Assembly: GCA_963847625.1 (NCBI GenBank)
Contig: CAWKAR010000028.1
Span: 108,834 to 172,833 of the forward strand
Direction: 5' to 3'
Length of the DNA: 64,000 nt
Source of the DNA: a candidate division FCPU426 bacterium
GTDB lineage: Bacteria > Oederibacteriota > Muellerivitia > Muellerivitales > Muellerivitaceae
Shown one piece after another: positions 10,145 through 22,055 of this stretch. The notes below the pieces were generated by a model. That model worked only from the letters and a program-made list of their open reading frames with translations. It had not been told where the DNA came from and ran no database searches. Each line of letters opens with the position of its first letter. Position 1 is the first letter of the stretch. The position numbers were made by a program, and so were the translations under genes.

Positions 10145-11452
10145 ATGAAATTCAGGATTTTAGGGATTCTTTTTCTTGCCACCACCGTTTCAACGGCGAT
10201 CACTAGTTGCTCCAACACCAACAACCCCGCCTGTCCCATCGCGCAGGCACCGACCCAAACCGCCGCTACCACCCTGATGCCAACGGCCACGCCCACCAAT
10301 ACCATGTCCCCCACCATCACCCATTCCCCTACTGTGACCAATTCCCCCACCGTGACGATGACCCCGACCTCCACCCCCACGGACACCTCCTCGCCCACCC
10401 CCTCGATTACCCTGACGCCCACGGACAGCCCCACCGTTACAAACTCTCCCACCTTCACCAATTCCCCTACCATTACCAACACCCCCACGGAAACCCTGAC
10501 GCCCACCGACAGCCCCACCGCTACAAACTCTCCTACCATCACCAATACTCCTACGGTGACCATGACCCCGACCCAAACATCAACCCCGACGGCCACAAGC
10601 GCCACCACGGAAACTTCGACCCAAACATCAACACCAACATCCACCGCCACCTTTATTCCCACACCCTCTTACGTCAATCAATGGGCCTTTACCGATTTAT
10701 ATCCGAGCGCGATGGCCCTTAACGGTTCAACGCTTTATGTTCCCGATGGATCTGGTGTCGACTTGTTCAACCTGAGCGATCTCTCCACAGTCACCGCCCC
10801 CTGGACCGGGTATGGGACAACAACCTTCGTCAATACCTACACGGCGGCTGTGAACCCGGTGAACGGCAACGTTTATATTTTGGATTTTGGCGCCGGTATT
10901 GTCTATCAGTTCACTTCCGCCGGGGCAACGGTGAACGCCTCCACCTATGCGTTCAGTAACCCCGAGGACATCGCGACGGATTCCAGCGGCAATTACTATG
11001 TCGCGGATATAAATAATAACGAGGTGGAGGAATTTGACTCGAATAACACATTGCTAAACACTTGGACTTCCGCGGGGAGTAACCCCCTTTATCTCCCGAT
11101 GGCGGTGGCTTTGGACACCTCAAACAACCTTTACATCGCCGATTACGACAACGGGAACGTTTATGAATTACAGGCGGGAACGAACACCTTGTTAAATACC
11201 TGGACGTTGCCCAGCGGCGCCATTGTTTTCCAAATGGCGGTCAACGGCAGTGGCTTGGTTTACGCCGCGGATTATCAAAACATGCTTGTGGAGGAACTCA
11301 GCCCCGGAATGACAGCCCCGGCCGTCACCTGGAACGGCTCCCAAGGCGGAGGCACGGCGTTTTCGGAACCTGACGGGATTATCATCCTTCCGGGCGGGAA
11401 TATCCTGGTGGCCGATTACCTCCTTAGCATCCTGGAGGAATATTCCCCCTGA
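10145..11452 (+). CDS. NHL-repeat lipoprotein with long Pro/Thr linker (paralogue of the previous gene)
   Basis: MKFRILGILFLATTVSTAITSC lipobox-like signal, about 140-aa PT-rich stalk, propeller colinear with the 9034 gene down to the terminal LEEYSP. Confidence 0.85.
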   Translation: MKFRILGILFLATTVSTAITSCSNTNNPACPIAQAPTQTAATTLMPTATPTNTMSPTITHSPTVTNSPTVTMTPTSTPTDTSSPTPSITLTPTDSPTVTNSPTFTNSPTITNTPTETLTPTDSPTATNSPTITNTPTVTMTPTQTSTPTATSATTETSTQTSTPTSTATFIPTPSYVNQWAFTDLYPSAMALNGSTLYVPDGSGVDLFNLSDLSTVTAPWTGYGTTTFVNTYTAAVNPVNGNVYILDFGAGIVYQFTSAGATVNASTYAFSNPEDIATDSSGNYYVADINNNEVEEFDSNNTLLNTWTSAGSNPLYLPMAVALDTSNNLYIADYDNGNVYELQAGTNTLLNTWTLPSGAIVFQMAVNGSGLVYAADYQNMLVEELSPGMTAPAVTWNGSQGGGTAFSEPDGIIILPGGNILVADYLLSILEEYSP

Positions 11453-11490
11453 CCCAAATCGCAAGGATTTAGGCGGAATCGGCCCAGAAT

Positions 11491-11757
11491 TTAATCGGCC
11501 CAATAGGAAACAGGTTTATCCAAAAATTCCTCCAAACCGATTCCCTGCCCTCCCACGCTTAAGCAGTGTTTGGGTTTAAAGGCTTTTGAAAAGGCCTGTA
11601 AACCGGGCAGGACGGTTTTTCCCAAGCCGCCTTTCACCTCGATCGCAGTCAATTCCTTCCCTTTTTTCAATATGAAGTCCACCTCCTGGTTTCTCTCCCG
11701 CCAATAATAAACTTCCATGGCCGTCCCCAGGCATCCATTGACCAAGTGGGCCCCCAA
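11491..11757 (-). pseudogene. C-terminal remnant of an AAA+/DUF4143-type ATPase (copy 2)
   Basis: GAHLVN...EVYYWRERNQEVDFILKKGKELTAIEVKGG (PD-(D/E)xK-like DUF4143 tail). No ATPase domain upstream. Confidence 0.75.
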
Positions 11758-11772
11758 GGGAGCCTTTACAAT

Positions 11773-11802
11773 TTACTCAATGTGTTGAGTAATATTACTC
11801 AA
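11773..11802. promoter_or_regulatory. Operator-like overlapping inverted repeats
   Basis: TTACTCAA-TGTG-TTGAGTAA-TA-TTACTCAA: three exact half-sites in alternating orientation. Confidence 0.5.
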
Positions 11803-11869
11803 CGTTTCGAGGGATTGTTAAGGTAAGGAATGTCTTTGGGATAATTTCCCTCGAATAGGGGATGCCCGT

Positions 11870-12400
11870 GCGGGCAGTGGATCCCAAAATGCGGGCAGGA
11901 CCCCCGGCACCTGCGGGCAGGGATGTGGGCAGTTAAACCTCCCTTCCGGCAGGTTTACCGCCTTTCCGGCAGGTTCGCCGAAGTCCTTTCCGGCAGGTTC
12001 ACCGCCTTTCCGGCAGGTTCCGACGGAAATGTGGGCGGTTTATCCTCCCCTGCTGGCAAATGCCACCAGGAATGTGGGCAGTTTATCTCCCTTGCCGGCA
12101 GATGTTACCGGGAATGTGGGCAGTTTATCCCCCTTTCCGGCAAATGCCACCAGGAATGTGGGCAGTTTATCCCCCCTGCCGACAAATGCCACCAGGAATG
12201 TGGGCAGTTTATCCGCCATGCCCGCAAATGCCACCAGGAATGTGGGCAATTTATCCCCCTTTCCGACAGATGCCACCGGAAATGTGGGCAGTTTATCCCC
12301 CCCAATACTGGGTTATCTCCTCCAATACTGGGTTACCCAGTTCCGCATACTGGGTTCATGGCTCCGCGTACTGGGTTCATGGCCGGGACTGGGTTCGTGG
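11870..12400. repeat. Degenerate 21/42-bp tandem repeat field
   Basis: Core aatgtgggcagtttatc recurs (atgtggg at 12029, 12072, 12114, 12156, 12198, 12240, 12282; period 42), flanked by about 21-bp-period runs of gcgggcag, ttccggcaggtt and actgggtt. Confidence 0.9.
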
Positions 12401-12698
12401 CACAGATTTCATTTAAATCTGCGCTGGCAATCATTGCCCTCGGCTTGTAGCCTCGGGCAGCCAGCCTTGTGCACTGGGTTCCCGGCAAATGCGGGCAGGA
12501 CAAGCCACTGCGGGTAGGATCCTCGCCTCATGACCATAAGAGGCCCGGCCATGTTCATAGGCCCCCGGCCTTATGACTAATAGGGGACCCGCCCATGACA
12601 TTAGGCGCGTCTTTCTTCCGTTTTCTGGTTGGCTGATAAGTTTACTGATGGTTGTCTGATTGGTTGACTTATGGTTGTCTTATAATTAAACTTGATTC

Positions 12699-13715
12699 AT
12701 GGCTTACGAACCCCTTTTTACGGTCACCCCACACCTGCTCAAACTCCTGGAGGAAATAGCGTCTTTCCGGGAGAAAATCCTGGCCGCCACGATCCAGGTC
12801 CCCTGGATACCCGTCCTGCAAAGGGACGCCCGTGTGCGCAACAGCCACAGTTCCACCGCCATCGAGGGTAACCCCCTCACCCTAGCGGAAGTCCGCTTAT
12901 TGGAGGAAGGAAAGGAAATTTCTACCTCCACCGAACGCGCTTCGAGGGAAATCCTGAATTATTTCGCCGGCCTACGATACATCGAAAAACACGCCAGCAA
13001 AAAGTCCATTACACACGAGGATCTTTTCGAGCTGCATGCCATCCTGTCCACCGGCGTCATGGACCAGGGGGAAGCGGGGAAATACAGGACTTTCCAGGTT
13101 CGGGTCGGTAACCACCTGCCTCCGTCCGCCGCCCAGGTAAGCGGCCTCATGCGCGAGCTTTTGGACTGGTGGGACAAGAAAGCCCATGCTTGGCCTCCGG
13201 TGATCACCTCCGGGGTCATCCATTACCGCTTCGAAGCCATCCATCCCTTCGGCGACGGCAACGGCCGGTCCGGAAGGATGTTGGCCCTCTGGGAACTGTA
13301 CCGCCGGGGCTTCGATACCTACCACATCTTTTCCGTGGACGAGGTTTTCTGGGAAAAGAGGCCCCTGTACTACCAGAACTTTGATCTTGTCCGAAGGGAA
13401 GGGGAAAACCTGACGGGCTGGCTGGAATTCACCGCCGAAGCCGTGCACCTGACCCTGGAGCGGGTATGGGAAAGGATCCAGCGTTTAAGGGGGGAAAAGG
13501 GGGACGGAAAAATCGTCCTGAGCCCGAAACAGGAAAGGCTTCTCGGTCTGTTGCGGGACCAGCAAAGTCTGTCACCCCAGGAAATATGGAAAGCCTTGGG
13601 CATTACGCGGCAGGGCGCGATCAAACTGATGAATCCCTTGATTCAGGCTGGATTGATCAAGCGAATCGGCACCAAAAAGACGGGCAAATATATCTTTACT
13701 AATTCCGAAGGTTAA
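12699..13715 (+). CDS. Fic-family protein (class II-like) with C-terminal HTH
   Basis: Canonical HPFGDGNGRSGR motif, N-terminal inhibitory (S/T)xxxE(G/N) motif STAIEG, and a C-terminal winged-HTH-like segment. Confidence 0.92.
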   Translation: MAYEPLFTVTPHLLKLLEEIASFREKILAATIQVPWIPVLQRDARVRNSHSSTAIEGNPLTLAEVRLLEEGKEISTSTERASREILNYFAGLRYIEKHASKKSITHEDLFELHAILSTGVMDQGEAGKYRTFQVRVGNHLPPSAAQVSGLMRELLDWWDKKAHAWPPVITSGVIHYRFEAIHPFGDGNGRSGRMLALWELYRRGFDTYHIFSVDEVFWEKRPLYYQNFDLVRREGENLTGWLEFTAEAVHLTLERVWERIQRLRGEKGDGKIVLSPKQERLLGLLRDQQSLSPQEIWKALGITRQGAIKLMNPLIQAGLIKRIGTKKTGKYIFTNSEG

Positions 13716-13789
13716 AAGATTTAAAAACTTAAACTAAATTCAAGTTTTGAACTAGGGATTCTAGAACTAAACCGTTTGGCAAAAGAACG

Positions 13790-13840
13790 TCAGTGGAGAA
13801 CGAGGACTTTGAGGATTTTTATTGTTTTGGCGCCCCCCAA
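13790..13840 (-). pseudogene. Orphan tail of a class-B CTD
   Basis: Reads LGGAKTIKILKVLVLH*, matching the end of the 29012 gene ([16 protein letters not shown]), including the flank aaaagaacgtcag. Confidence 0.7.
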
Positions 13841-13858
13841 CCACGGACAAAAACCTGG

Positions 13859-16800
13859 TTACTTGATGAGGATTATTTTCTTCCACCTGGTTTGATGGGG
13901 TTCGGTTAGCGCAAATATATAAACCCCGCTGGCACAGGGGTCGCCATTTTGGTTGGTTCCGTCCCAAAGATAGGAATGGGTATAGGTGGACTTGAGGTAA
14001 TGGTCATCCAATGTTTTGACCAGTTCACCGGCCGAGTTGTAAATTTTCAGTGAAAAGGGGCCGGGGGGGAGGATATTGCCGGCAAATAGTGAAATAGGAC
14101 CCTGCGCCGGTTGAAACAAGTTCTTGCCGACGTAAAAAACGTCAAAAGCAGGGTTAGGGGTGATGGTGGCCGTCGGAGTAAAGGTCATCGTGGGGGAGGG
14201 CGTCATCGTGTAAATCCTCAGCGACACACAACCCGTCAAGGGGCTGGACCCCGCATGGTTCATCACAGCGCAATTCACGATAGAAGCCGCCGTCGTGGAA
14301 CTGTCGATACTCACAACATAGGTCAGCAGGTAGTTCCCTGGAGTCAGGACAGGAAGGGTCCAGGACATCGTTGTCACGCCGCCCGCCACGTTCAACGAGG
14401 TGACAGTTCCCGCCGGAGAAACCCCGAACATCATGAAACTGCAGTTGGCCGGAAGAAGATCCTGCACCACCACCCCTGCCGCGGTGTTGTTCGTCACGCT
14501 CAGGGTCAAGGTATAGGTCACTTGGTCCCCCGGCGAGCCTATCACCTCCGACTCCTGCTTTTGGAATGCCATCGTCACCGCGAGCGTGGGAGTGCCCGTC
14601 GGGGTAATAGTCGGGGTATTGGTGATAGTGGAAGTATTGGTGACCGTCGGTGTAGGCGTTATCGTTGGAGTTTTAGTGGCCGTCGCGGTGTTGGTCGGAG
14701 TGGGGGTGAAAGTGGGGGTGGGGGTGTAGCTGGGGCATGGGATCCCCGGACAGGGACAAAATTTCAATACCTCCCCGTCGCTCGGGACGCACAAGTACCA
14801 GGCTCCCGCTCCGATGGCGATTCCCTCGGTGTCGGTGGCGTCGAGCATCTTGGTGGAGAACCAAACCCCGGTGGAAGGGTTCAAGACCCCGATGTCGCCG
14901 TACGCGTCGGAAACGTATATATTCCCCGTGGAATCCACCTCCAGGTAATTGGCGGCCCAAAGGTCCGTGCCCTGCGTGACATCCCACTGGGTGATCGGAC
15001 CGCCGTTCCAGGTGAATTCCTGGATCAACCCCGTGTAAAAATCCGCGGCATAAACGTTCCCGGACGAGTCCAAAGCCACGCCCATGGGCTCCTCCAAGGT
15101 TCCTCCCCAGCCGAACCCGGCGGAACCCCACTGGGTCTGGGGATTCCCGGCGGAATCGAATACCGCCACCCGGCTGTTGTAGCAATCCGTGACGTAAACG
15201 CTGGTCCCGGCCGAGTTGACCGCCACACCCTGGGGGAAGTTGAAGGTCACGCCCCCGTAACCCGACCATTGGGTGACGAAACTCCCGTTCGCGTTCAATA
15301 CCTGCAACAGGTTGTTCCCGGAATCCGTGACGTAAACCCTCCCGCTGCCGTCCACCGCGATCCCGGTGGGCGTGTTGAATGTCCCGTGACCTGTCCCCGC
15401 CCCGCCCCAATGCGTGACGGCATGGCCCAGGGTGTCGTAAACATAAACCAAATTATCGTTGGCGTCGGTGACGTAAAAATTCCCCGCGCCGTCCAGCGCG
15501 ACGTCCAGGGGCGAATTGACATTATAGGAAACCACGGGGCTGCAAAGAGACGGCGAGGACGGGGTCGCGGTGGGGATGGGGGCGACCGGCGTCGGAATCG
15601 CGGCCTTGAGGTCCACCAGGTCGTTGATCAGATTCTGCCCGGCCGGGCTTCCCCAGCCTGTGGCGAGGTCATAGCCTTTCACGGCCAGGAAAAACACCGT
15701 GTTGCGTCCGTCCCAGTTGTTGTTGCTTCCATCCGCGATGTCGTGGAAGTCGGCGAGGTAATTCGGGCCCAGGCCCGCGGCGTAAAGGGAGGGATTGGCG
15801 AACCCCACCGTCACGCCCGCCGTGGCCGAGGCTTGCTGATTGACGAGAGCCATGAAACCCGCCCATAACGGGGCCGCGGCGCTCGTTCCGCCCGTAAAGG
15901 AGGACTGGCCGGCGCAATAAATGAAGATGTTGTCGGCGACCATGGAAACATCCGGGATATTCCGCCACAGGATCGAACCGCCGTTCAAGCCCATGGGAAC
16001 GGCGGCCTGGTAATTGGGGATCCCGAGTAGGCCCGCGCAAATCCCCCCCGCGCTCGACCCGAAAGCCGAGTTCCAGGACGATTCCGTGGAATAGGAAACC
16101 GCGGGGGGGGAACCCGACGCTGAAATCCACAATTGGGTACCGCCCGCGCACGTGATATAGGGACTCATGGATCCAGGTGGGCTCATAGCCGGCCATACAT
16201 CCCCTCCCCCGAACGCGCCGTAATCCCCCGATGCCAGGAAAAAAGACTGGCCCTGCGCCGCGAACTGCGCCAGCAGGTTCACGGTTGTGGAATCCCCGAA
16301 CCCGCCCCAGGAACAACTGATCTCCGGGCAGAGGGGGGAGCGGCCATCGCGGCCAGGATGTCATTGGAGTAGGCGTCGAAGGTCCCCGGTGTGTCAGGCG
16401 CCTCGTAAACCTTGACCTGGGCCCCCGGCGCCATGGAAATCACCATGTCGATATCCAGGGTCACCTCGTTTTGATCGCCCTGATCGGTCGGAATCCCGTT
16501 AAAACCGTGCAACAGGACGGTCACGGGAACAGGCGCCGAGAAGGAAGGGGTGGAGGTGCTTTCGTATAGAAGGACATCGGAAAGGGAAAATCCATTGATT
16601 TCGAACAACCCGACCGTTTGCCCCGCGCCGTTGAGGGCCGCCGGCACATCCGAAGCATAGGCATTCCGGAAGTCCATCCCCTGGTAATTCCCCAAGGGCC
16701 CCGTGCCCAGGCTTTTCCCCGGATCGGCGGCCCTTTTCGCGGCGATGTTTGGCGGATAAATGACGAGGTTATGCCGGGGCCGGTTGAAATTGTCCAGGCC

Positions 16801-17346
16801 CGACGCGTGAAGGATCGGGATGCCCGGGCCCGCCGTCGGTTCCCGGTCCGGGGCATAGAAAAGGGTTCCATCCGGCCGGAAATGGGTGACAAAGTTGACG
16901 TGAAACGCCCTTCCGACGTCCCCCACGGTTCCTTCCACGTCCACCAGCATCCGGGAAGGATAGGTTTTCACCACGCGCAGGCCGTTGGCTTGGGCGAAGT
17001 CCTGAACGGCTTTGTACTCGCTTTCGGCCGGGCCGAACTTTTCGGTGAATTCCCCGGGGGACAAGAAATGCCGGTATTGGGGGCTCTGGGGATCGTAGAG
17101 TTTCTTTAAAACCTGCTGGAGGGCGGCGGTATTTTTCAGTGGAAGCCCAAGTGCTAATTTTAAACGCCGGGAGGAAGGCAATGTCCCCTGAACAGGCATA
17201 GAGGCCCATTCCTTTTTCAAATGGACATCCATGGGCCCTTGACCATAAGCCGGGGCTGGGCCGCTGAGCGCTGACAATAGCGGGATCACCGCAAGGGGAA
17301 CCGCGATGGCGCGGCGCAAATAGGGACAAATGCTGTTTGAATTCAT
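13859..17346 (-). CDS. S53 (sedolisin/kumamolisin) peptidase with pro-domain, NHL repeats, DUF11-like domain and CTD; one frameshift at 16333-16338
   Basis: Pro-kumamolisin motif LYDPQSPQYRHFLSPGEFTEKFGP, catalytic EVTLD, ASGD, GGTSAAAPLWAG and GYDLATGWGSP. ORFs 16279..17379 and 13859..16282 join in frame if the G6 run gains one base (...AAPPLCPEISCSWGG...). Confidence 0.85.
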
Positions 17347-17507
17347 ATTACCTTTATCCAATAAAAGAACCGGCGCCAACCCATTGATAAAATCATACCC
17401 GGAAAGAAGACTTTTTAGGCGGTTTTTTCCCTGAAGGGTCGTTCTTTGAATCCGCGTTTAGAAATGTATATTTTCGGGTTGCCGTGGTTGAAAGATTTGG
17501 GCCAAAA

Positions 17508-20500
17508 TCAGCGGAGAACGAGGACTTTCAATATGGTTGTCCCCATGACCGGGCCGTCAACTTGGACCCGTATATAGTAAAGCCCATCAGCCACCGGCTG
17601 GCCCCAGCAATCTTCCAAGTTCCAAACTAGGGTGGCATCTTTGCCGGTAACGGGATTGGAAACATCCAGGATCTTGCGGAAAGCCGTGGTAAAGACGCTC
17701 CATTCGACCGTGGAAAAGGTTGGGAACCGCAGCCGGATAGAAACGGGCCCCGCGCCCTGGACGGGGTTGGGATAGGGCGGCCCGATTACAACACCCGCCA
17801 CAGTCGAGGTTGGGGTAAGAGTGGAAGTGAAAATTGGAGTTGAAGACAGTGTCGGTGTCGGGCTTGGGGTGGCGGTCGGACTTGCGGTGAGGGTGACTGT
17901 GTCGGTCACAGTGGCCGTCCCAGTCTGTGTTGCAGTGGCTGTTGGGATCTGGGAGGCTGTCGCGCTAGGAGTCATCGAATCCGTCGAGGTGTTCGTAGGC
18001 GTGCTGGTGGATGTGGAAGTCGGCGTATTGGTGATGGTGGGAGTGGGGGTTGGTGTGGGTGTGATCGTCATCTTCGGCGTAAGCGTAGGTGTGTGAGTGG
18101 GTGTGGATGTCATCGTTGACGTGGGCGTACTGGTGGGGGTCCGGGTAATGGTCCACATCATAGTAAATGAGTTTGTAGGGGTCATCATCCAATTCGTGGG
18201 CGTCATTGTAGCCGTTAGCGTGTTCATGAACGTGTTCGTCGGCGTGAATGTGTTGGTCGGTATAGAAGAAGTGGAGGTGGGTGTCGGGGTCGCTGTGGGC
18301 GTCAGAGTGGGTGTATAGGTATAGGTAAAGGTATAGGTGAAAGTTTCGCTGAATGTCGGCGTGAATGTATCCGTTGGCGTCGACGTGAGCGTAAGCGTCG
18401 GTGTATTCGTAGAAGTAGCTGTCGGAGTGTTGATAAGGGTAATCGTACCGGTAGGTGTTCTCGTCGATGTGGGGGTGTTCGTCGGGGTCGGGGTCTTCGT
18501 GGGCGTTTGGGTCCAGGTCGGCGTGCGTGTATTGGTCAGCGTGCGCGTAAGCGTCGGCGTGAGTGTCGGGGTCAAAGTGCGGGTGTCAGTAGGGGTTCGG
18601 GTTAACGTCCAGGTCAGGGTGGGGGTTGGGGTTTCCGTCTGAGTTCGGGTCAATGTCAGCGTGATCGTCGAAGTGGACGTACCCGTACTGGTTGCAGTCA
18701 ACGTACTCGTAGAAGTGGGCGACGCGCAAAAGGGGCCGCAAGGCGAGAAAGTAAACGTTGGGGTTGGTGTAAACGGAACATGGGTCGCGTTGGGATTGCA
18801 GTAATTCGAACGGGTGAAAATCCCATTGCTTCCATAACCCCCATATTCATCGCCTTGGCCCCCGGCACCACCAGAAATCAAAGCGGAACCGGTAAAATTA
18901 TAGCTGCTCAAAATGCAAAAAGTAATGAATCCCCCGCTGCCGCCGCCGCCGCCAAAAGCGTCAAAATCATCGTCAATTCCCGATTTTCCTCCATTCCCAC
19001 CTATCACACTGATTACACCAGTACCCACAATTCTACTTGCGCTGATATTAACCGTTCCACCTGAACCGCCTCCGGCGCCGTTTGAAGAATCCCCAGATCC
19101 GCTAATAGTACAAGAAGCACCGGCCGTACCGCTAAAATCCAATGTTCCATTCAAGACTACTGTGCCGGTGGTAGCCGTTAAGATCAGTGCCGATCCTCCA
19201 TTCCCTCCGGGCAAATTTATACTCGGCAAGCCGGACGGAACATTGTATGTCGATCCCCCAGCGCTTCCTGGCTGGGTGGGATTGGCGGCATCGTCATAGG
19301 AAGGCCCCGCGCCAAAATACAAATTCCACGGTTCCTGTTCATATATCCCGGGCCCGCCGGGGCCGGCGTGTCCGCCCCCTCCGCCGCTGCCCGGGCCGCA
19401 ACACCCAGATACTCCAAAAAAACCGACACCTGGCCCCGCACTACCCGCCAACCCAGAGCCGTTAATAGAACCTCCGGCATCAACCGTGACGCCTCCGGTC
19501 ACGTTTATGGTAACCACTCCCTCTATATAAAGGATCCCGCCGGATGAAACATGAAGACTGCAAAGATTGTAAGTGCCTGATGGAAGATACGAAACGCCGG
19601 TAACCGCCCAATTGCAGGGCGGTGTCGAAAACGTCGGGGTAATCGTCGGTGAGCCGGTGGGGGTTGATGTGGGTGTCGGAGTGGAGGTAGAAGTATTGGT
19701 AGGAACATTAGTCGGCCATGGAGTAATGGTGTAGGTGGGCGTAGGGGTAATAAAAGCGGTCACATCAAACTTTGCTACAAATGCGTCTGAACTTCCGCCA
19801 AAAACTGTCTGAAAGGCCCCACTGGTCGCGGGAAAATTTGCGGGGGTTTCACCCGTGACATAAACGTTTCCCGACCCATCCAACGCGATTCCATAACCAC
19901 ATTCTTGATAACCCCCACCAAGATAGGTCGAATAGAGAAGAATGTTACCCGAAGCATTCAACTCCGCTATATAAGCACTGCCATAGTTAGTATCCCATGT
20001 CGTTTGATATGACCCACCTGTCATAGGGAAACTTCCTTCGGTACTTCCAGTCACATATGCATTCCCCGACGCATCTAAAGCTATGGCATAGCCCCAACAG
20101 GTACCACTCCCACCCAAATAGGTTGAATAGACCAGTGCGCTTCCCGAGGCATTCAATTTCGATACAAAAGCATCATCGTTATATCCTTGAGCCGTCTGAT
20201 AAGCCCCACTAGTGGTGGGGAAATTAGGGGTATCGGTATATCCCGTTACATATGCACACCCCGAACCATCCACTGCGATACTATAGCCATAAGAACCCCA
20301 ATCAGTTGGACTACTCCCGCCCAGGTAGGTTGAATAGATCAAATCACTCGCCCCTCCACCAGCTGGATTCAACTTTGCAACAAAAGCATCATACGTGTCG
20401 TTGCCGAAAACCGTCTGAAAAGCCCCACTAGTGGTGGGAAAATATCCTTCGGCCGTTCCTGTCACATAAACGTTTCCTGAACCATCTAACGCGATACCTT

Positions 20501-22055
20501 GGCCCCCGTCATATCCCCCACCACCGCCCAGGTAAGTTGAATAAACCAGAGTGCTTCCTGAAGAGTTCAGTTCCGTTATAAAAGCATACGTACCACCACT
20601 AGAAGACGTTTGATAAGCCCCATTGGTCGTGGGAAAATCCGTTGAAGTCGTACTTCCTGTCACATAAGCGTTTCCCGAGCCATTCACCGTGATTGAATAA
20701 CCCAAATCATCAGCGCTTCCACCCAAATAAGTCGAATAAACCAGATTGCTTCCCGAGGCATTCAGTTCCGTTACAAAAGCTTCCAGGTTGCCGCCATAAA
20801 CCGTCTGAAAGGCCCCACTCGTCGTGGGAAAATTCGCTGAAGATGTAGTTCCTGTCACATAAGCGTTCCCAGCCCCATCCACTGCGATACCTGTGCACCA
20901 ATCTTCACTGCTTCCACCCAGGTAGGTTGAATATACCAAGGCGCTACCCGATGCATTCACCTCCGTCACAAAAGCGTCTCGACCACCGGCATAAATCGTT
21001 TGAAAGGCCCCGCTGGTCGCTGGAAAATCTATTGAATACGTATATCCTGTCACATAAGCGTTTCCAGATCCGTCCACCGCGATTCCACACGGAAAATCTA
21101 AATCACTTCCGCCTAGGTAGGTTGAGTAATCCAATTGGGGATCGATCACCAGGGGACTGGTTTTGTCATAGTTCCCCATTTCAAATCCAATTTTCCCATC
21201 CCTCTTGATCTTGTAGGCACCATCAATTTTGGTTTTTCCCGCTCTCTGTTCTTGGTAAACAACCGGCGCCTTAAAAGCCACATCCCCTTGGGCCAGGTGG
21301 AAAATTAGATTTCCCTGGCCGTCCACTTCGGCGGCTTTGGCGCCCTCGTAACTGAGGCCAATGACACTTGGATCCGCCCCGGGTTTTACTTCGAAATCAT
21401 ATTCCAACTTTCGCTGTGCGCCGTAATACACCATGTCAATGCCGGGATAAACTTCCTTCATCTTCACTTTGGCGTAGTTAGCAATGTTGGTGTGCCACTT
21501 GGTAGAATCATTTCCGATAAAGTAATTGCTCTTCCCTTCCGCCTTTTCCAAACCTTCGAATTCAGCCAAGCGGTTCCCTCCCTCGAGCCTCAAACGCAAA
21601 ACCTCTGGAGAACCAATTAGTAATAAGGCCCCTGTAGCAGATGCCTTTGGCATCGCTGACAGGGCATGGTTAGGAATTTGGAATTTACGACTTTGGCTAC
21701 CGGCTTTACGTGATAAATCTTTAGGCTCTCCATGCTTCAGGACAAACACCGCTTCGGAGGGGGTGATGAAAAGAGAATAGCCGCTTCCCCGGGAGATAAA
21801 CTTTACTTGGGGATTGAACTGGCCCTCGTTTGGCTCGAAGTAAAGCGGGATTTTTCCGTAATTCTGGTTAAGTTTTATTAGCGCGGATTGATTGGGCTGG
21901 GTGATTTTGGAAGAGACGTTTGATTTTTTCAAAGCGGGAGAAGAACTGTTTCGGCTTGTTGATACTAAACCCATTCCAAATACCGCGATGACGCAGGCCA
22001 ATAGACCTGCATTTAAAAGACGTAACCTATTTCGAAATATTTTCATCAGAATCAT
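17508..22055 (-). CDS. SBBP-repeat beta-propeller surface protein with Gly-rich domain, PT linker and class-B CTD
   Basis: [11 protein letters not shown]...YPGID...LEYDF...LVIDP N-domain, repeated YSTYLGG / [13 protein letters not shown] / [10 protein letters not shown], long TPT linker, ending PPYPNP...ADGLYYIRV...KVLVLR. Confidence 0.9.
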   Translation of the reverse strand: MILMKIFRNRLRLLNAGLLACVIAVFGMGLVSTSRNSSSPALKKSNVSSKITQPNQSALIKLNQNYGKIPLYFEPNEGQFNPQVKFISRGSGYSLFITPSEAVFVLKHGEPKDLSRKAGSQSRKFQIPNHALSAMPKASATGALLLIGSPEVLRLRLEGGNRLAEFEGLEKAEGKSNYFIGNDSTKWHTNIANYAKVKMKEVYPGIDMVYYGAQRKLEYDFEVKPGADPSVIGLSYEGAKAAEVDGQGNLIFHLAQGDVAFKAPVVYQEQRAGKTKIDGAYKIKRDGKIGFEMGNYDKTSPLVIDPQLDYSTYLGGSDLDFPCGIAVDGSGNAYVTGYTYSIDFPATSGAFQTIYAGGRDAFVTEVNASGSALVYSTYLGGSSEDWCTGIAVDGAGNAYVTGTTSSANFPTTSGAFQTVYGGNLEAFVTELNASGSNLVYSTYLGGSADDLGYSITVNGSGNAYVTGSTTSTDFPTTNGAYQTSSSGGTYAFITELNSSGSTLVYSTYLGGGGGYDGGQGIALDGSGNVYVTGTAEGYFPTTSGAFQTVFGNDTYDAFVAKLNPAGGGASDLIYSTYLGGSSPTDWGSYGYSIAVDGSGCAYVTGYTDTPNFPTTSGAYQTAQGYNDDAFVSKLNASGSALVYSTYLGGSGTCWGYAIALDASGNAYVTGSTEGSFPMTGGSYQTTWDTNYGSAYIAELNASGNILLYSTYLGGGYQECGYGIALDGSGNVYVTGETPANFPATSGAFQTVFGGSSDAFVAKFDVTAFITPTPTYTITPWPTNVPTNTSTSTPTPTSTPTGSPTITPTFSTPPCNWAVTGVSYLPSGTYNLCSLHVSSGGILYIEGVVTINVTGGVTVDAGGSINGSGLAGSAGPGVGFFGVSGCCGPGSGGGGGHAGPGGPGIYEQEPWNLYFGAGPSYDDAANPTQPGSAGGSTYNVPSGLPSINLPGGNGGSALILTATTGTVVLNGTLDFSGTAGASCTISGSGDSSNGAGGGSGGTVNISASRIVGTGVISVIGGNGGKSGIDDDFDAFGGGGGSGGFITFCILSSYNFTGSALISGGAGGQGDEYGGYGSNGIFTRSNYCNPNATHVPFTPTPTFTFSPCGPFCASPTSTSTLTATSTGTSTSTITLTLTRTQTETPTPTLTWTLTRTPTDTRTLTPTLTPTLTRTLTNTRTPTWTQTPTKTPTPTNTPTSTRTPTGTITLINTPTATSTNTPTLTLTSTPTDTFTPTFSETFTYTFTYTYTPTLTPTATPTPTSTSSIPTNTFTPTNTFMNTLTATMTPTNWMMTPTNSFTMMWTITRTPTSTPTSTMTSTPTHTPTLTPKMTITPTPTPTPTITNTPTSTSTSTPTNTSTDSMTPSATASQIPTATATQTGTATVTDTVTLTASPTATPSPTPTLSSTPIFTSTLTPTSTVAGVVIGPPYPNPVQGAGPVSIRLRFPTFSTVEWSVFTTAFRKILDVSNPVTGKDATLVWNLEDCWGQPVADGLYYIRVQVDGPVMGTTILKVLVLR

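Noticed and set aside
12029..12300. CRISPR array
   Set aside because: The sequence between the conserved cores is itself repeated (no unique spacers), the period is only 42 bp, and there are no cas genes.
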